A stretch of DNA of 63,069 nucleotides, counting the filler, from Folioceros fuciformis (lineage: Eukaryota): the NCBI GenBank assembly GCA_049999805.1. It is 10 parts of 10 records of this genome, joined end to end, with 100 filler letters (N's around TTAATTAATTAA, not from the genome) between each part and the next. Parts side by side here need not be neighbours in the genome. Positions count along the whole stretch, not along the records: positions 45,798 to 55,029 come from JBNGIO010003672.1; positions 55,130 to 63,069 come from JBNGIO010003673.1; 8 more parts are not named here. One strand, 5' to 3'. How positions within the stretch are numbered: the first letter of the stretch is position 1; the number at the start of each line of letters is the position of its first letter. This document shows, one piece after another, positions 51,133 to 63,069 of this stretch. The translations under genes were made by a program, and so were the position numbers. The notes beneath the pieces were generated by a model. The model did not search any database. It saw only the letters and a program-made list of their open reading frames with translations, and was not told where the DNA came from.

Positions 51133-51730
51133 CTCGAGGTGGAGGTGTAGGCAGGTAGGCATGCATGTGGCACGTAGCGTCTAGAGGTTGAGGTATAGGC
51201 AGGTAGGCATGCATGTGGCACGTAGCGTCTAGAGGTTGAGGTATAGGCAGGTAGGCATGCATGTGGCACGTAGCGTCTAGAGGTTGAGGTATAGGCAGGT
51301 AGGCATGCATGTGGCACGTAGCGTCTAGAGGTTGAGGTATAGGCAGGTAGGCATGCATGTGGCACGTAGCGTCTAGAGGTTGAGGTATAGGCAGGTAGGC
51401 ATGCATGTGGCGTGAAGGGTCTAGAGGTGGAGGTGTAGGCAGGTAGGCATGCATGTGGCGTGAAGGGTCTAGAGGTGGAGGTATAGGCAGGTAGACATGC
51501 ATGTGGCGTGCAAGGTCTAGAGGTGGAGGTGTAGGCAGGTAGGCATGCATGTGGCGTGCAGGGTCTGGAGGGCATGTGGCGTGCAGGGTCTGGAGGTGGA
51601 GGTGGAGGTGGAGGTGGAGGTGGAGGTGGAGGTGTAGGTGTAGGTGTAGGTGTAGGCAGGTAGGCATGCATGTGGTGTGCAGGGTCTGAAGGTGGAGGTG
51701 TAGGCAGGTAAGCATGCATGTGGCATGAAG
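51133..51730. repeat. 48-bp minisatellite (~10 copies) with an embedded (GGAGGT)n/(GTAGGT)n microsatellite
   Basis: ctagaggttgaggtataggcaggtaggcatgcatgtggcacgtagcgt period 48 (51181, 51229, ...); hexamer run at about 51591-51657. Confidence 0.94.
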
Positions 51731-53939
51731 GGTCGTAGGCAAGTTAGAGGCTTTCTCCTTGGTGCTGCAGTGATGCATCTGCCGCAAATTGGATTTCCAC
51801 CCACGTTGCAGGAATGCTGGATTTGGTAGAGGCGCAAGTAGGCTCAAGCAACGAAGTCTCGTTTCCTCACCCTTTTGTCTCATCTGTGTGTACAGCTACA
51901 AAGCCTCTTCACATTTCTCCAGCTGCACATACGCCAATATCATGGCTGTCCAATTTATCACTTCTTTGTCATCCGTTTCTTCAAACACCCTCTTGGCATC
52001 CTCCAAGCTTCCTCATTCAGCATATGCGCATGCTCACGAGCATGGTCGCTTTAAATCCGTCCATCCTCAACCTCGCCATTGTCAAACATCTGCGTGGATG
52101 CTTGTAACAGTTTCCGAGCACTGCCTCCTCACCAGCAAGCTATCCTTGCCCTTCCTACTCCCCGTGTCTGCAATGCCATTGTAAGCCTTCAATGTGGCGA
52201 TATGTGCTCAATCGTCTGGGATCATACCCTGTTGCCCCATCTGTCCATACAACCGTAAACCCACCTCTCCCTTCCCATTCGGAGTGTATCCCCACATCAC
52301 GATGAGGCACCCTCTGGAACACTCGGGAGTTCCAGAAGTGGGAGCGGGAGCTCTTGATTGTCCCGAAATGCTTTGCCACCTGGAACACCCGTAAAGACAC
52401 TTTGTATGAATCAAAATGAAGAAAAAGGCTGTGTCCCTTTCGGTCCACAAAGAGGTTAGAGGTATTTAAAAAAATTTACTATACGGTGCATAGGTAGGCG
52501 AGGTATAGTAGAGGAATATTCCTTAGATGCCATGAAATATTCGTGTATAAAATATGTATTCCAACAAAAAAACATGAGTCTATAGTCCCTGTCCGCATCG
52601 ATATTCCATAGCTATGCGATACGGTCAAGCTGGCTTTCACACAAAGTTTTGCGTGGCGGTACAGGGTCCAAACATTTTGGACATAACACATCTACCCCCT
52701 TCGATCATAGGGCGTGTCCCAATCGGGACACCTACATTCTGATAATATTTTATCCCTCACACATTCGTATCCGTCTCTCTCCACTCACAGTCATTTACTT
52801 TCTTTTTTGTTAGGGTTAGGGCTTGTGGGTTCAGCATCCAGGGTTCACATTCATCCTCCAGATGCAAGGTTTACAGCGGATCTCAACGTTCACCGTGTTG
52901 TCTACTGTGCACACATCTCTCGCGCCTCCATGCACACCCCTAACCGGCCTCGATTTCATTTCTAAGTTTTCGCCACTCCAATCCAAAACATGCTGAAGGG
53001 GACGTCCCTTCTTGCCTTCCCCGCCATGCAATCACATGGATGTGAGGAGGACAAGGGGGACAAACAAACAACAGTGGGGAATCAAATGCCCACCTTTATT
53101 TCACAGCCCATGAGGGCAAGGCAAAGCTACATAGGGTCTCACTCCACAACACACANNNNNNNNNNNNNNNNNNNNNNNNNNNNNNNNNNNNNNNNNNNNN
53201 NNNNNNNNNNNNNNNNNNNNNNNNNNNNNNNNNNNNNNNNNNNNNNNNNNNNNNNGTGAAGGAGGCAAATGCCTGTCCTCGCCCACGGAGTGGCCTCCTC
53301 CTGCGTCCAGGCATATAGGTAGGCATCCAAGGGCTCCATTCTGCTTTTGCACTCTCTGCACAATGTGGTCAAGGCCAAGTGCAAGTGGTACATATCAGGC
53401 AGATAGTCCATACCCTCCAAGCCTTTCACATAAGCGTTGTCGCGGGTGACTTGCAATGCCTACATAAAGCACAGAAAGGGGGTGTGGGTATAATTACCAC
53501 CACCTATAATCAGCACAATGCATAACAAGCAGCTACAATGTGGAGGGTAGGTTTGCTTATGAGGTGCAACGCTGAAAGGAAATTGGAGACAACATGCCCA
53601 AACGACACTGCTAAATTCTGATTGGCCAGGGCCATCCAAAGCAACAACCTGCAACACACCCTGCATGCACGAAACAACAACAACAGCTCTACCCACATGG
53701 TGCAACCACAGAATGCATTGTACGTCTGCAGTTACAATCACTACATTCAAACTGCACCCACAATGCTACACCACAAATTGCCAGTGCAACTCTGTTTACG
53801 AAGTACTCTCTCCAATTACTCGTTGCCTGGCCATGTCCACATGGAATGTGGAACTACAAGTTGCGTTTGCAAGCAACCCCTACAATTACTGACAATCAGC
53901 ACAAAATGCAAGCTGCAACCACATTTCCCAGCCACATGT

Positions 53940-55029
53940 TGTAGGATCGCTAGAGGACCTGCATGGTGAAGGAGGAGAAGAGGAGGCAAGGAGGAGGAGA
54001 AAGAGAGGTCACACTCTCACAATGAGTCTCGATATGCAAGGGAGCTCAAGGGGGTACTTATACCCTCTAGAAGAGCTCCCTAGGAAGCTTTACAAGAAGC
54101 GCACAAGAAGCTGCTCAAGAAGCTTCCTACAGATTAGCTTAAGCTAATCTAAACTAATGGTACTTAACTAGACACTAATCTTAGACTAAACACATTAGTC
54201 TAAGCACATTGGGCTTTAATAACCCTACAACCTCCCACTTAAAGGCCAATTTACCTTCATAGGAGAGTGGTCTACCTCATGCCCATGAGTGTCCGAGCTT
54301 GTGCGAATTGCTCCGAAGCGAGCCCCTTGGTAAGAACATCTGCAGGGTTCTGACTGGTGTGAACTTTGACAAGTTGTACCCTCTTGTCTTCCAACACCTC
54401 TCGAATGAAGTGATACTTCACTTCCACATGTTTGGTCTTCGCATGAAACACTGGATTCTTTGCCAACTGGATAGCACTCTGGCTATCATAATGCAACACT
54501 GGCAGCTCAACCTTGATCCCCAAATCTACCACTAAACGAGCAAGACACATGGCTTCCTTGCACACCTCAGTCGCTGCAACATACTCGGCCTTTGTGGTAG
54601 ATAGCATTATGCACGATTGCAAACGAGATCGCCATGAGACTGCCCCTTTAGTGCACTTGAAGACATAACTTGATGTGGACCACCTTTTGTCCATATCCCC
54701 TACATAATCAGCATCCGTATATCCCACGACACGTGCATCTTCACTACCAAAACATGAGCACAAAGCTTTCGTACCATTCAAGTACCTCATAACTCCTTTC
54801 ACTACCTCCCAATGCTTCCTACTAGGGTTTGACACAAACCTGCTAACCACTCCCACTGCAAAGGCAATGTTAGGCTGTGTAGCAATCATTGCATACATCA
54901 AACTCCCTACAGTTGATGAGTATGGAACCTTCTCCATTTCAGCTTTGTCCTCCGCAGAGCTTGGGCAATCCTTGCTTGAAAGTTTCACATATGGAGGCAA
55001 CGGAGTACTCAATACCTTCCCCTTCTCCA
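53940..55029 (-). mobile_element. Ty1/copia element C 3' end: RT/RNase H, PPT and complete 290-bp 3' LTR (53940-54229)
   Basis: VPYSSTVGSLMYAM, GYTDADY, AEYVAA, DSQSAIQLAKNPVFHAKTKH, NPADVLTK; PPT AGTGGGAGG next to LTR with TGTAGG...CCTACA termini. Confidence 0.95.
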
Positions 55030-57489
55030 NNNNNNNNNNNNNNNNNNNNNNNNNNNNNNNNNNNNNNNNNNNNTTAATTAATTAANNNNNNNNNNNNNNN
55101 NNNNNNNNNNNNNNNNNNNNNNNNNNNNNATCCTAAGTTCACTAATAACTAGAACTAGTCTAGTATGAACCCAACTGGGATAACTAACACCACATGAGTT
55201 TAGCTCATATAGAGCTCGATAACTCAACAGAGGAGGGGGCTGTCTACAGTGCGATTTCCCTGGACCTTGGGTGCAGAACTCCTGGCTTAGGGCGCTGAGC
55301 TGGTTGAGACTAACCAAGGTCTTGATTTCCCTTTGCCACTAGGGGAACGTGGAGGATCCCAAGACTGCTAAGATTCGTGTGGCCGGATCCGCAATGGTTG
55401 ACCACCTTGCATGCTGGCTGAGGTGAGGTTGCAAGGCCGTGAGCCAANNNNNNNNNNNNNNNNNNNNNNNNNNNNNNNNNNNNNNNNNNNNNNNNNNNNN
55501 NNNNNNNNNNNNNNNNNNNNNNNNNNNNNNNNNNNNNNNNNNNNNNNTGAAGGACTGAAATGCTGGGGTGAAGTGCTGAAGTGGTGGAATGAAGTGTTGA
55601 AGCTGGAGTGAGGAGCTAACTAAAGTTGAGGTTCTCGTTCAGCTGCGGAGATAGCTAGCGCTAGGTGTTGAGAGTTGGAGGCCAGACTTGGGCTGGAGCC
55701 TCCTCTCAGCACTGAAGTGATTGATACTTGGAGTTGGAAACGAGGGCTGAAGACAATGCTGGAGTTCTCATTTTGTTGAGGCTGGGGTTGGTGTTGTGGT
55801 AGGAGCTGAAGACAGGACCGAGAATTCTGACCTATTGCTGTAGCACTTGGTATATGCTGATAGATAGGGTGAGATTAGGGAGATGTAGGTAACCTTGACA
55901 TTAGTTCACTCCCTTGGGAGCGAATCATAAGACTGCAACGATAATAAGGGGAAGTGTGGCCCCTTGGTGGTTCTTGGGTGTGCAAGAAATCACTCCACAC
56001 GCCCTAAGCCAGGAGTTCTGCACACAAGGTCTGGGGACATCACACCGTAGACAACCCCCTCTCAATGGCAGGTCTCCCCTCTTATACTGCCTACCCTCTT
56101 TCTCTGTGTACTAGGGTTAACTTGAATCAATTACCCCACCTCCTCTCTCTGACCTAGCCAAGTTCTGACCTAAACTTGACCTAGGTATGACCTAACCTAA
56201 CCTAATCTAGGTCTAACCTAACCTGGATCTGACCTAGATTCCTAACCCTAACCCACCCCTGCTTCTAATTGCCCATTGCCCCTTGACACCGTTAGCTGCC
56301 CACAATTATCAACCCCTCACATCTAGCAAAAATCAGGGGTGCCTCTCAACATCCCTCTCCCCTCCCGGGTCAGATCATCTCTCCTCTTCTGATTACCCTG
56401 CCTTCTTCCCCAAAGTCTCCCACCTTCAAGTCCTTCCCTCCTAGCCACGGCTGGCCAAGACTCCTGGCCCTAGGCTAGGCCTTCGGCCTACAAGCAACCA
56501 GGGTTGCTACTCATGGGTGGAAAGCCGAGTGTCACTTATGTTCTTAGCGGACCACCCTCCAAGTTGCTGGATTGATGCCCCAGGGCCCCAGGGTGTCGCG
56601 TCCTAGCATGGCACACACCATCCATCATCGCCGCAAGTAGCATCCGGCCCTCCGCCTGCGGTAGCGAGTCAATTCCAACCATCTAACCGTGGATGGCAAG
56701 CCGTATGCTAATTACGGCCACTGGCTGCCATGGTACAGGGGGTGTACTACCCTTGCCTTCGATGCTTGGGTGGGGTAGCCCACGCCCTAAAATTGCCTGG
56801 CAGTAGTCTACAACCAGTGTTTCAATGTCAGGCTGTCATCCTTGGAGTGTCCCTCGGGACACTCCCCTGTCTTTCCCCTGGGCAGCCGCCTATCAGCTGT
56901 TAGGCCTACTGGCTATCCAACCAGCCATTTGGTCAGTCTTCGGCTACTAGATCCGGTTGAGACCATTCTGTCCAACTCGAAGGAACGACCATACAGAATC
57001 GTCGATGGGGTCAGTTGATCTGCACTGCACTGGTTTGACCGGGATTTGGAACAAACCGCTATCCTTGGTTTGCAGTGCACTAAGTGCAAGTCCGTCCATG
57101 CCTGGTGCTCTTGGATTCAACCACTTATCCTCAGCCACCACCTGGATTCGGCCAGCACGCCGTGACTCCCCTAGCCTTGCTTCCAGCCAAACTGCGACTA
57201 TCCCAGCTGCTCAGTCTCCGGCTGATCGGGACTGGATCCAGTCAGCTCGCTTGGTTGCCGAGTCGCCTGCCGTTTTCCTGATTTAGCTAGCTGGCCAGCC
57301 GACCAGACTCGCCTGGCCAGCCTGCCTTTGCCTGGATCTGGCCAGGCAACCAGCCTATAGGCCGCCTACTGCTCGCTTGCAATTGGAACGGGCTGGGTTG
57401 CTGACCAGACTCCTCACCGCCATCTCTAGCCAGCAACCCCCTTGTTCGACCAGCCGTCACGGCTCATCTCGGTTGTTCGCTTCCGGTTC

Positions 57490-60284
57490 TCAATCTGGTT
57501 AGGGCTATCCTGCTACTTCTAAAGAAACAGCATACGTTAGCAAAGAGGAGCAAGCGCACCTTCATGCGCAAGGAAGTAGAGTACTTAGGACACATTGTCA
57601 CGAAGGATGGAATCAGAATGGATCCACACAAGGTCAAAGCGGTCACAGCATGGCCATTACCCACATATATCACCCAACTTCGGGGATTCCTAGGACTTGC
57701 AGGGTTCTACCGCCGGTTCATCCAAGGGTTCAGTAAGATTGCCTTACCCCTGACAGATGCCCTAAAGCAGTCCCCTAGCAAGTCTTTCAACCTGGATACA
57801 GTAGCCCAACAGGCCTTCAACCAACTGAAACAGGCTTTAAGCATTGGACCAGTCTTGGCGGTGGCAGATCCCAAGGGTAGCTACAATGTGCACACAGATG
57901 CGTCAAATCTTGCCCTTAGGGCTGTCTTATCACAGGAAGGACAGGTGATTGCATATGAATCACACAAGCTTCAAGGGGCACAGGTTAATTATCCAGTTCA
58001 TGACAAAGAGATGCTTGCTATTGTTCATGCACTCAAGGTCCGGTGACACTACTTACTTGGACAAAAATTCATAGTACACACTGACCACCACTCCCTCCAG
58101 CATTTATTCACCCAGCCCAACTTGAATGCACGCCATAATACTTTGTTGATTTTAATTTCGAAATCAAGTATGTCATTGGCGCCTCCAACTTTGTAGCTGA
58201 TGCCCTCAACAGGAGAGTCCTCACATTGATGTCCTCTCAACTGGACACCATCATAATTGTCCGAGCAACCATCCCAGGGGATCCACACCTACAGCAAATC
58301 TACCAGCAGTTAGTGCAGGACATAGTAGGAGGTACCCCCACAGCTTGGATGCAAACTTACCGGCTTAAGGATGCATGTGTCTACAGAAAGGGCCAACTGG
58401 TGATCCCACAACACCTGAAGGAAATCCAGAGAGGGATCTTACATGATTTGCATGACTCTCCCATCTCTGGACACTTGGGCATTGACAAGACTTATGAATG
58501 GGTGAAAACCCATTTCCACTAGGAGGGCCTACGAAACGACTGAATTAAGTGGGTCAGAAGCTGCACCTCATGTTAGCAAACCAAGCTCGAACATCAGAAA
58601 AACTCCAGGACTATTGTTACCTTTGCAAGTACTAGAGGGAAGGTTTCAATCCATCTCCATGGATTTTGTTACAGCCCTCCCCTGTACACGCACAGGAAAA
58701 GACAGCATATGGGTAGTTATGGACTGGTTGTCCAAATGTTGCCACTTCATTCTAGTGAATTCCAACATCACAGCTCCAAAGTTGGCCAGCATATTCACCT
58801 AGGTAATTTTCAAACTTCACGGCTGCCCTCAGAACATCATTTCAGACCGCGACCCTAAGTTCATAGCAGGGTTTTGGCGAGCCTTCACCGAAACCTTGGG
58901 CATCTGGCAAAGTTTGTCCTCCACATGCCATCTCGAATGATGGCTAGACAGAACGTCAGATAAAGGTGCTTGAAGATATGTTGAGACACTACACGCATGA
59001 CAAGCAAGGCAAGTGGGAAGAGTTCCTACCTCTCCTCAAATACGCCTATAACAGTTCCAAGCATGCGGCCACAGGAGTGTCCCCTTTCAAGTTGTTATAC
59101 GGAGAGAACCCACTACCACCCGGATTATGGCCAACTAGCGAAACCAATTGGAGGAGCGCCGCCGAAGTTGTTGAAGACATATGGCACGAGGTGCACAAAG
59201 CAAAGCAAAATCTTCTGTCAGCTCAAGACCGCGCCAAAAAGTCGAGCAACAAACACAGGCGGGCGATTTCTTACACTATCGGCCAGCTAGTGTGGTTATG
59301 AATTCGTCCTCACCGATATCCATCACTGCTCTAGCAAAAACACAAGTTGGCTTATTGGTTTGCAGGCCCCTTCAAGATCTTACGCAAGGTCAATGAAGTT
59401 GCCTACACACTCGATCTTCCAGCTGGTTGGCATATGTGTCACACCTTCTATGTGAGCATGCTGAAGCCAGTGATCCAGAGACCCACTCAGCTTGCCCAGC
59501 CCCCACCTGCAGACTCCGCCGCCAAGGACAACCTGGAAACCCTAGCCGCGACGGACAGCCTTGCCGCTTCACCAACATGGCACAACTCTCCAGACTCTAC
59601 CACGATGTACAACTTGACCACCACACCACTGACATCAGTCACACCACCCCAGCCAAACTCCTCAGCATAGAGGCGGAGCAAATTTCCCCGCCATCCCCAG
59701 CTCACCGATAGGATCCTTGAAGTACGCACTCGTCACTTGCGAAACCGATCTGTCCGTGATTGCTTGGTTGGATGGAGCCAGGAACCATATACTTCTGCCA
59801 CTTGGGAGCCAGAAGACTTCTGCAAACGATTTCCTCACCTAAGCCAGCAGCTTGAGGGCCTAGAGGACCGGGCCTCTTGCAGTGGGGGAGAGTGTTACAA
59901 TCGCCAGGAGCAAGAACGCCCGTGACGATCACCAGCATGGGAGACGAAGCCACAGAGGAGGCAGGAGCCCAGCTAGGTATATAATGCCAAAGGGGTACCC
60001 ACAAAAGCCCGACTGTGAAAGTGTGAAACGGAGCAGGACGAATAAAAGCATGCCAGAATAAAATATACATATATTGTAATATAGGCTAGGTGAAGTAAAC
60101 TTGATTAGGTTAGAAATTCCGTTCACCCTAGGAGGATGTTAGAGTTAGTTACTCGGGCCTTCTTGGCCTGAGCCAAAACTGCCCTTCTTATACCCCAGGC
60201 ACTAAGCCAAAGACATCCTATTGCACATGGCTCCCTCACGTTTCTGAGGACCGGTGCTGGAATTTCAGTTGGGCTTAAGCCACA
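57490..60284 (+). mobile_element. Ty3/gypsy chromovirus, degenerate RT(C-term)-RH-IN-chromodomain, PPT 59881-59892, probable 3' LTR 59893-60284
   Basis: EVEYLGHIV, LRGFLGLAGFYRRFI, VHTDAS, YPVHDKEMLAI, HDSPISGHLG, ISMDFVTALP, FAGPFKI (GPF/Y), chromodomain ILEVRTR..LVGW..ATWEPE; LTR TG...CA (right end inferred). Confidence 0.9.
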
Positions 60285-61665
60285 GATCGGGAATGTGCCA
60301 TTGTCGATAGCCCCATGAGTTTCAAGAGCAAGGGGGATGAAAGTATGCCCGTCTTGTAGGCGAGAATACTTATGGACTTTAGTGCTTGCACAACCCTCCG
60401 CCGCCCAACCATGAGGGTTGAAAATGACTTGTTTGCTGATTGAATCTCTAGTGGGATTCGTAACTGTAGGGTTATTAAAGCCCAATGTGCTTAGACTAAT
60501 GTGGTTAGTCTAAGATTAGTGTCTAGTTAAGTATCATTAGTTTAGAGTAGCTTAAGCTAATATGTAGGAAGCTTCTTGCGCAGCTTCCTGTGCGCTTCTT
60601 GTGAAGCTTCCTAGGGAGCTCTTCTAGAGGGTATAAATACCCCCTTGAGCTCCCTTGCATATTGAGACTCATTGTGAGAGTGTGACCTCTCTTTCTCCTC
60701 CTCCTTGCCTCCCCTCCTCCTCTCCTCCTTCACCATGTAGCTCCTGGAGCGATCCTTCAGTAACAACCACATCAACAAAACAAACCTGTTCTCCCCTAGT
60801 GAGAAAAAGATTGCCTCTAAGTGAAACCACATTGCGCAAAGTATATGATCGCTCCCTATACGGAAAAAACCCACACTCCCTAGCTATTGAGAACATTACA
60901 TCTTGAACTACGTCATGGGTGACAATGTGGTGCCCCATGAGAGGACAATGTGCTAGATGGGACCTTGTATCGACAATGGCAACCCCACAACTACTTGTAG
61001 AGAGAGAAAAACCCAAGGCCTGGGCCAAACCTAAGTGAAATCTCATTGTGGTGGCGAAAGTTGCTGGTGCGATTCAAAACGCCTGGATGCAAAGTCGAGC
61101 CAAAAGCCAAGAGCTTACTCCTTTACCTGAACAAGAGCGAATATGACCCTGAGAAGACCTAGGGATAGATAAGTATGAAAGAAGGGCTCTTCATGCTTAG
61201 CCATATTGCTTTTCTAAGGGGAGGCCTAGAGACCCCTCAACCCTTCCCTAGGAAAGGAGGTGAAAGGAAGGAGAGCCTCACGAGCCTCACAAGTAAAGAA
61301 TCCCTCGCTTGCCTAAGAGATACTTGTAAAGGGAAAACGTCCTCCTCAATGCATGAGATAAAACCTTCAAGTAGAAGGAATCTTACAGCAAAAAACGAGA
61401 GGCCAAAATTGGAGCCAAGAAGACCCAACTACCAAGAAAGGTAGTCGGGGCAGAGGCCTCCAGGGCCAAAAGGCCAACCCCTCTAAAGGCAACATGCAAG
61501 GAAGTTTCCTTCCAAGCCAAATCACGAACGACACACTCGCCATGCAAAATAGGAAGAAAGAATATCAAATGCAATATGAGGATCACCGATTTGTGAGAGG
61601 TTCATGATATCACACAAATCTTCATCCCACGCTGCGTCCACAAACCTTTGAATAAAATCATCTCT
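60285..61665 (-). mobile_element. Degenerate non-LTR retrotransposon with restriction-like endonuclease (CRE-clade-like)
   Basis: SLHVAFRGVGL..APTTFLGSW, IRSCSGKGVSSWL, MRFHLGL..CG..HLAHC..HDVVQD, VDVVVT/NP, STKVHKY..FIPLALETHG; contains frameshifts and stops. Confidence 0.75.
60465..60759 (+). mobile_element. Copia solo LTR with 5-bp TSD GTAAC
   Basis: TG...CA, near reverse complement of 53940-54229; gtaac at 60460-60464 and 60760-60764. Confidence 0.95.
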
Positions 61666-62637
61666 CTCCTTCCTTATTACCTTAGTTCTCCTCTCTCCTT
61701 CAAGCTTCATCCTCTTATTGGTCAAATTCTTGTTTATTCTCATCCTTTGCGTATTGAGAGTGATCGTTGGCTTCACCTTTCCTCTTCTCAATAGGCTTGC
61801 CTCTACAAGATTTGTTCCCTTCATATGGGATTTGAAGCCCACTTCATTTTCTTTTGCTATGTTTATGCACACATGCCAAGAAAGGGAATGAGAATGTTGC
61901 TGATATGATTAGGTTAGTTTAATAATTGGAAAAAAATGATATATAGTTTTCGGAATAAAGTGAGTAATACCTTAGATAAATGTAGTAGGCAATCTAGTGG
62001 ATTATAAGCTTATTAGAATGTTGTCAAAACATGGGTGGGATGAAGTTCAATATTTAGCTTTCAACTATGGAACAATGAAACAAGGTATGATATGGCTTAG
62101 TGGTAGGATCCTAATGGCAAATATTAGAAGCAAGAGAAGAACAACTAATACGTGAGCTTGCTCAATGACATCTCACGTTAAGTGAAAGGTTGACTTATAA
62201 CCCTTGAATGCATCTTTTATTAATTTTAGATATTTAAAAAATAAAAACATGTAAAATTTTCAACTATGCTACTTAAGTATGCTCTCTAGCTAGGTTCTTG
62301 CTTTCGAGTTTGGGTAAACTGAAAAGGAAATCCAATTCTAGAGCAAACCAAATAAGAAAACAACCCATCCCATAATATGCAAATAGGCTAGACCACCCAA
62401 TTAAAGCTTGTTATGGGACCAAATAAAAACCAGCCCAACCCATAATATGTTGAAAACTAGTTGGCTGAAAGGAAACAAAAATTGGAAGTGTACTTGACGA
62501 GTCTTAAAGCCGATAGGATCATTATTCAAACAGTGGGGAATCTAGAAGATTATATGGATGGGAGGTTAAAGATATATTACTAGCTATACATAGCATGCCA
62601 TAGGCTACCTAGAACAACCTACATACACACGCAGCAC

Positions 62638-63000
62638 TTAAAGAGCCTTGGATGAAGTTATAACATGCTGCCACTCGAAATATGTATTTGCTCCTCTCAT
62701 TGATACCTTCACCCAATAACTTGTTTCATTTGCACGAGTATAGACATGACGTAGACTTCCCAATCCTGCATTCTCTTGTTCTTCTTGGATTGCAATACAA
62801 TAGCCAGTAACAAATTTGGCTAACTCCTTAGGTGGCAACCATGCAACATGAATGGCTTGTTTTGTTGCTTGAAGAATAATAGGTGTTGCTAGTGCCGATG
62901 TCAACACCAACGCTATTTGTTCAAAGCTTTTTGCTTTCTTCTGAATTTGGACCTTTATATTTCAACAAGCGCCATATGTGGTCCCCTCATCTTGAAATGC
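62638..63000 (-). pseudogene. AT-rich ORF remnant of unknown family
   Basis: The 90-aa ORF extends upstream in frame through isolated stops (AFQDEGTTYGAC*NIKVQIQKKAKSFEQIALVL..). Confidence 0.25.
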
Positions 63001-63069
63001 AATTGTTAGTGAATTATCAAAGAATTAGTGTTGAGTAGAGTTAAAGATACAAAATAAATAACCTCAAAT

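Noticed and set aside
50861-51883. 340-aa and 214-aa His/Pro-rich ORFs
   Set aside because: Open frames arise from a stop-free 48-bp repeat that is open in several frames; there is no domain evidence.
51900-53930. Fragmentary minus-strand ORFs between the minisatellite and Copia LTR
   Set aside because: Multiple stops and no recognisable motif; cannot be assigned.
1-63069. A functional gene cluster spanning the whole window
   Set aside because: Ten unrelated scaffolds are concatenated; neighbourhood is meaningful only within each scaffold.

Overview
Eukaryotic (land-plant) genomic DNA, not one contiguous locus. It is ten short scaffolds joined by artificial 100-bp spacers (N44-TTAATTAATTAA-N44) at 4049, 12316, 17795, 20376, 29093, 33657, 41085, 45698 and 55030, so adjacency across these spacers has no biological meaning. 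Compact GC-rich genes with mostly short introns suggest a small-genome non-seed plant such as a lycophyte (inference). Recognisable host genes: D27-like, fibrillin FBN7/PGL34, intronless RPN13, CstF64 (5' part), RluA/RluD-family pseudouridine synthase, DUF1005 (5' part), RAD6/UBC1-2 (3' part), peroxisomal MDH, an AT-rich intronless CIPK/SnRK-like kinase, a GLTSCR/BRIP-like gene, MLO and SOL1 carboxypeptidase. Also present are Copia, chromovirus Gypsy, an RNase H-bearing LINE, a CRE-like LINE and several minisatellites. The most striking object is scaffold 1 (1-4048). Its ends overlap by 23 bp, and when read as a circle it carries a six-exon chimeric gene of about 750 aa, open in all sequenced parts. 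The gene joins the N-terminal head and coiled-coil rod of the plant lamin analogue NMCP/CRWN, inside an exon, to a Ty3/gypsy Gag capsid-like domain and an amplified array of zinc knuckles. All family assignments are from motif recognition by eye, not database searches.
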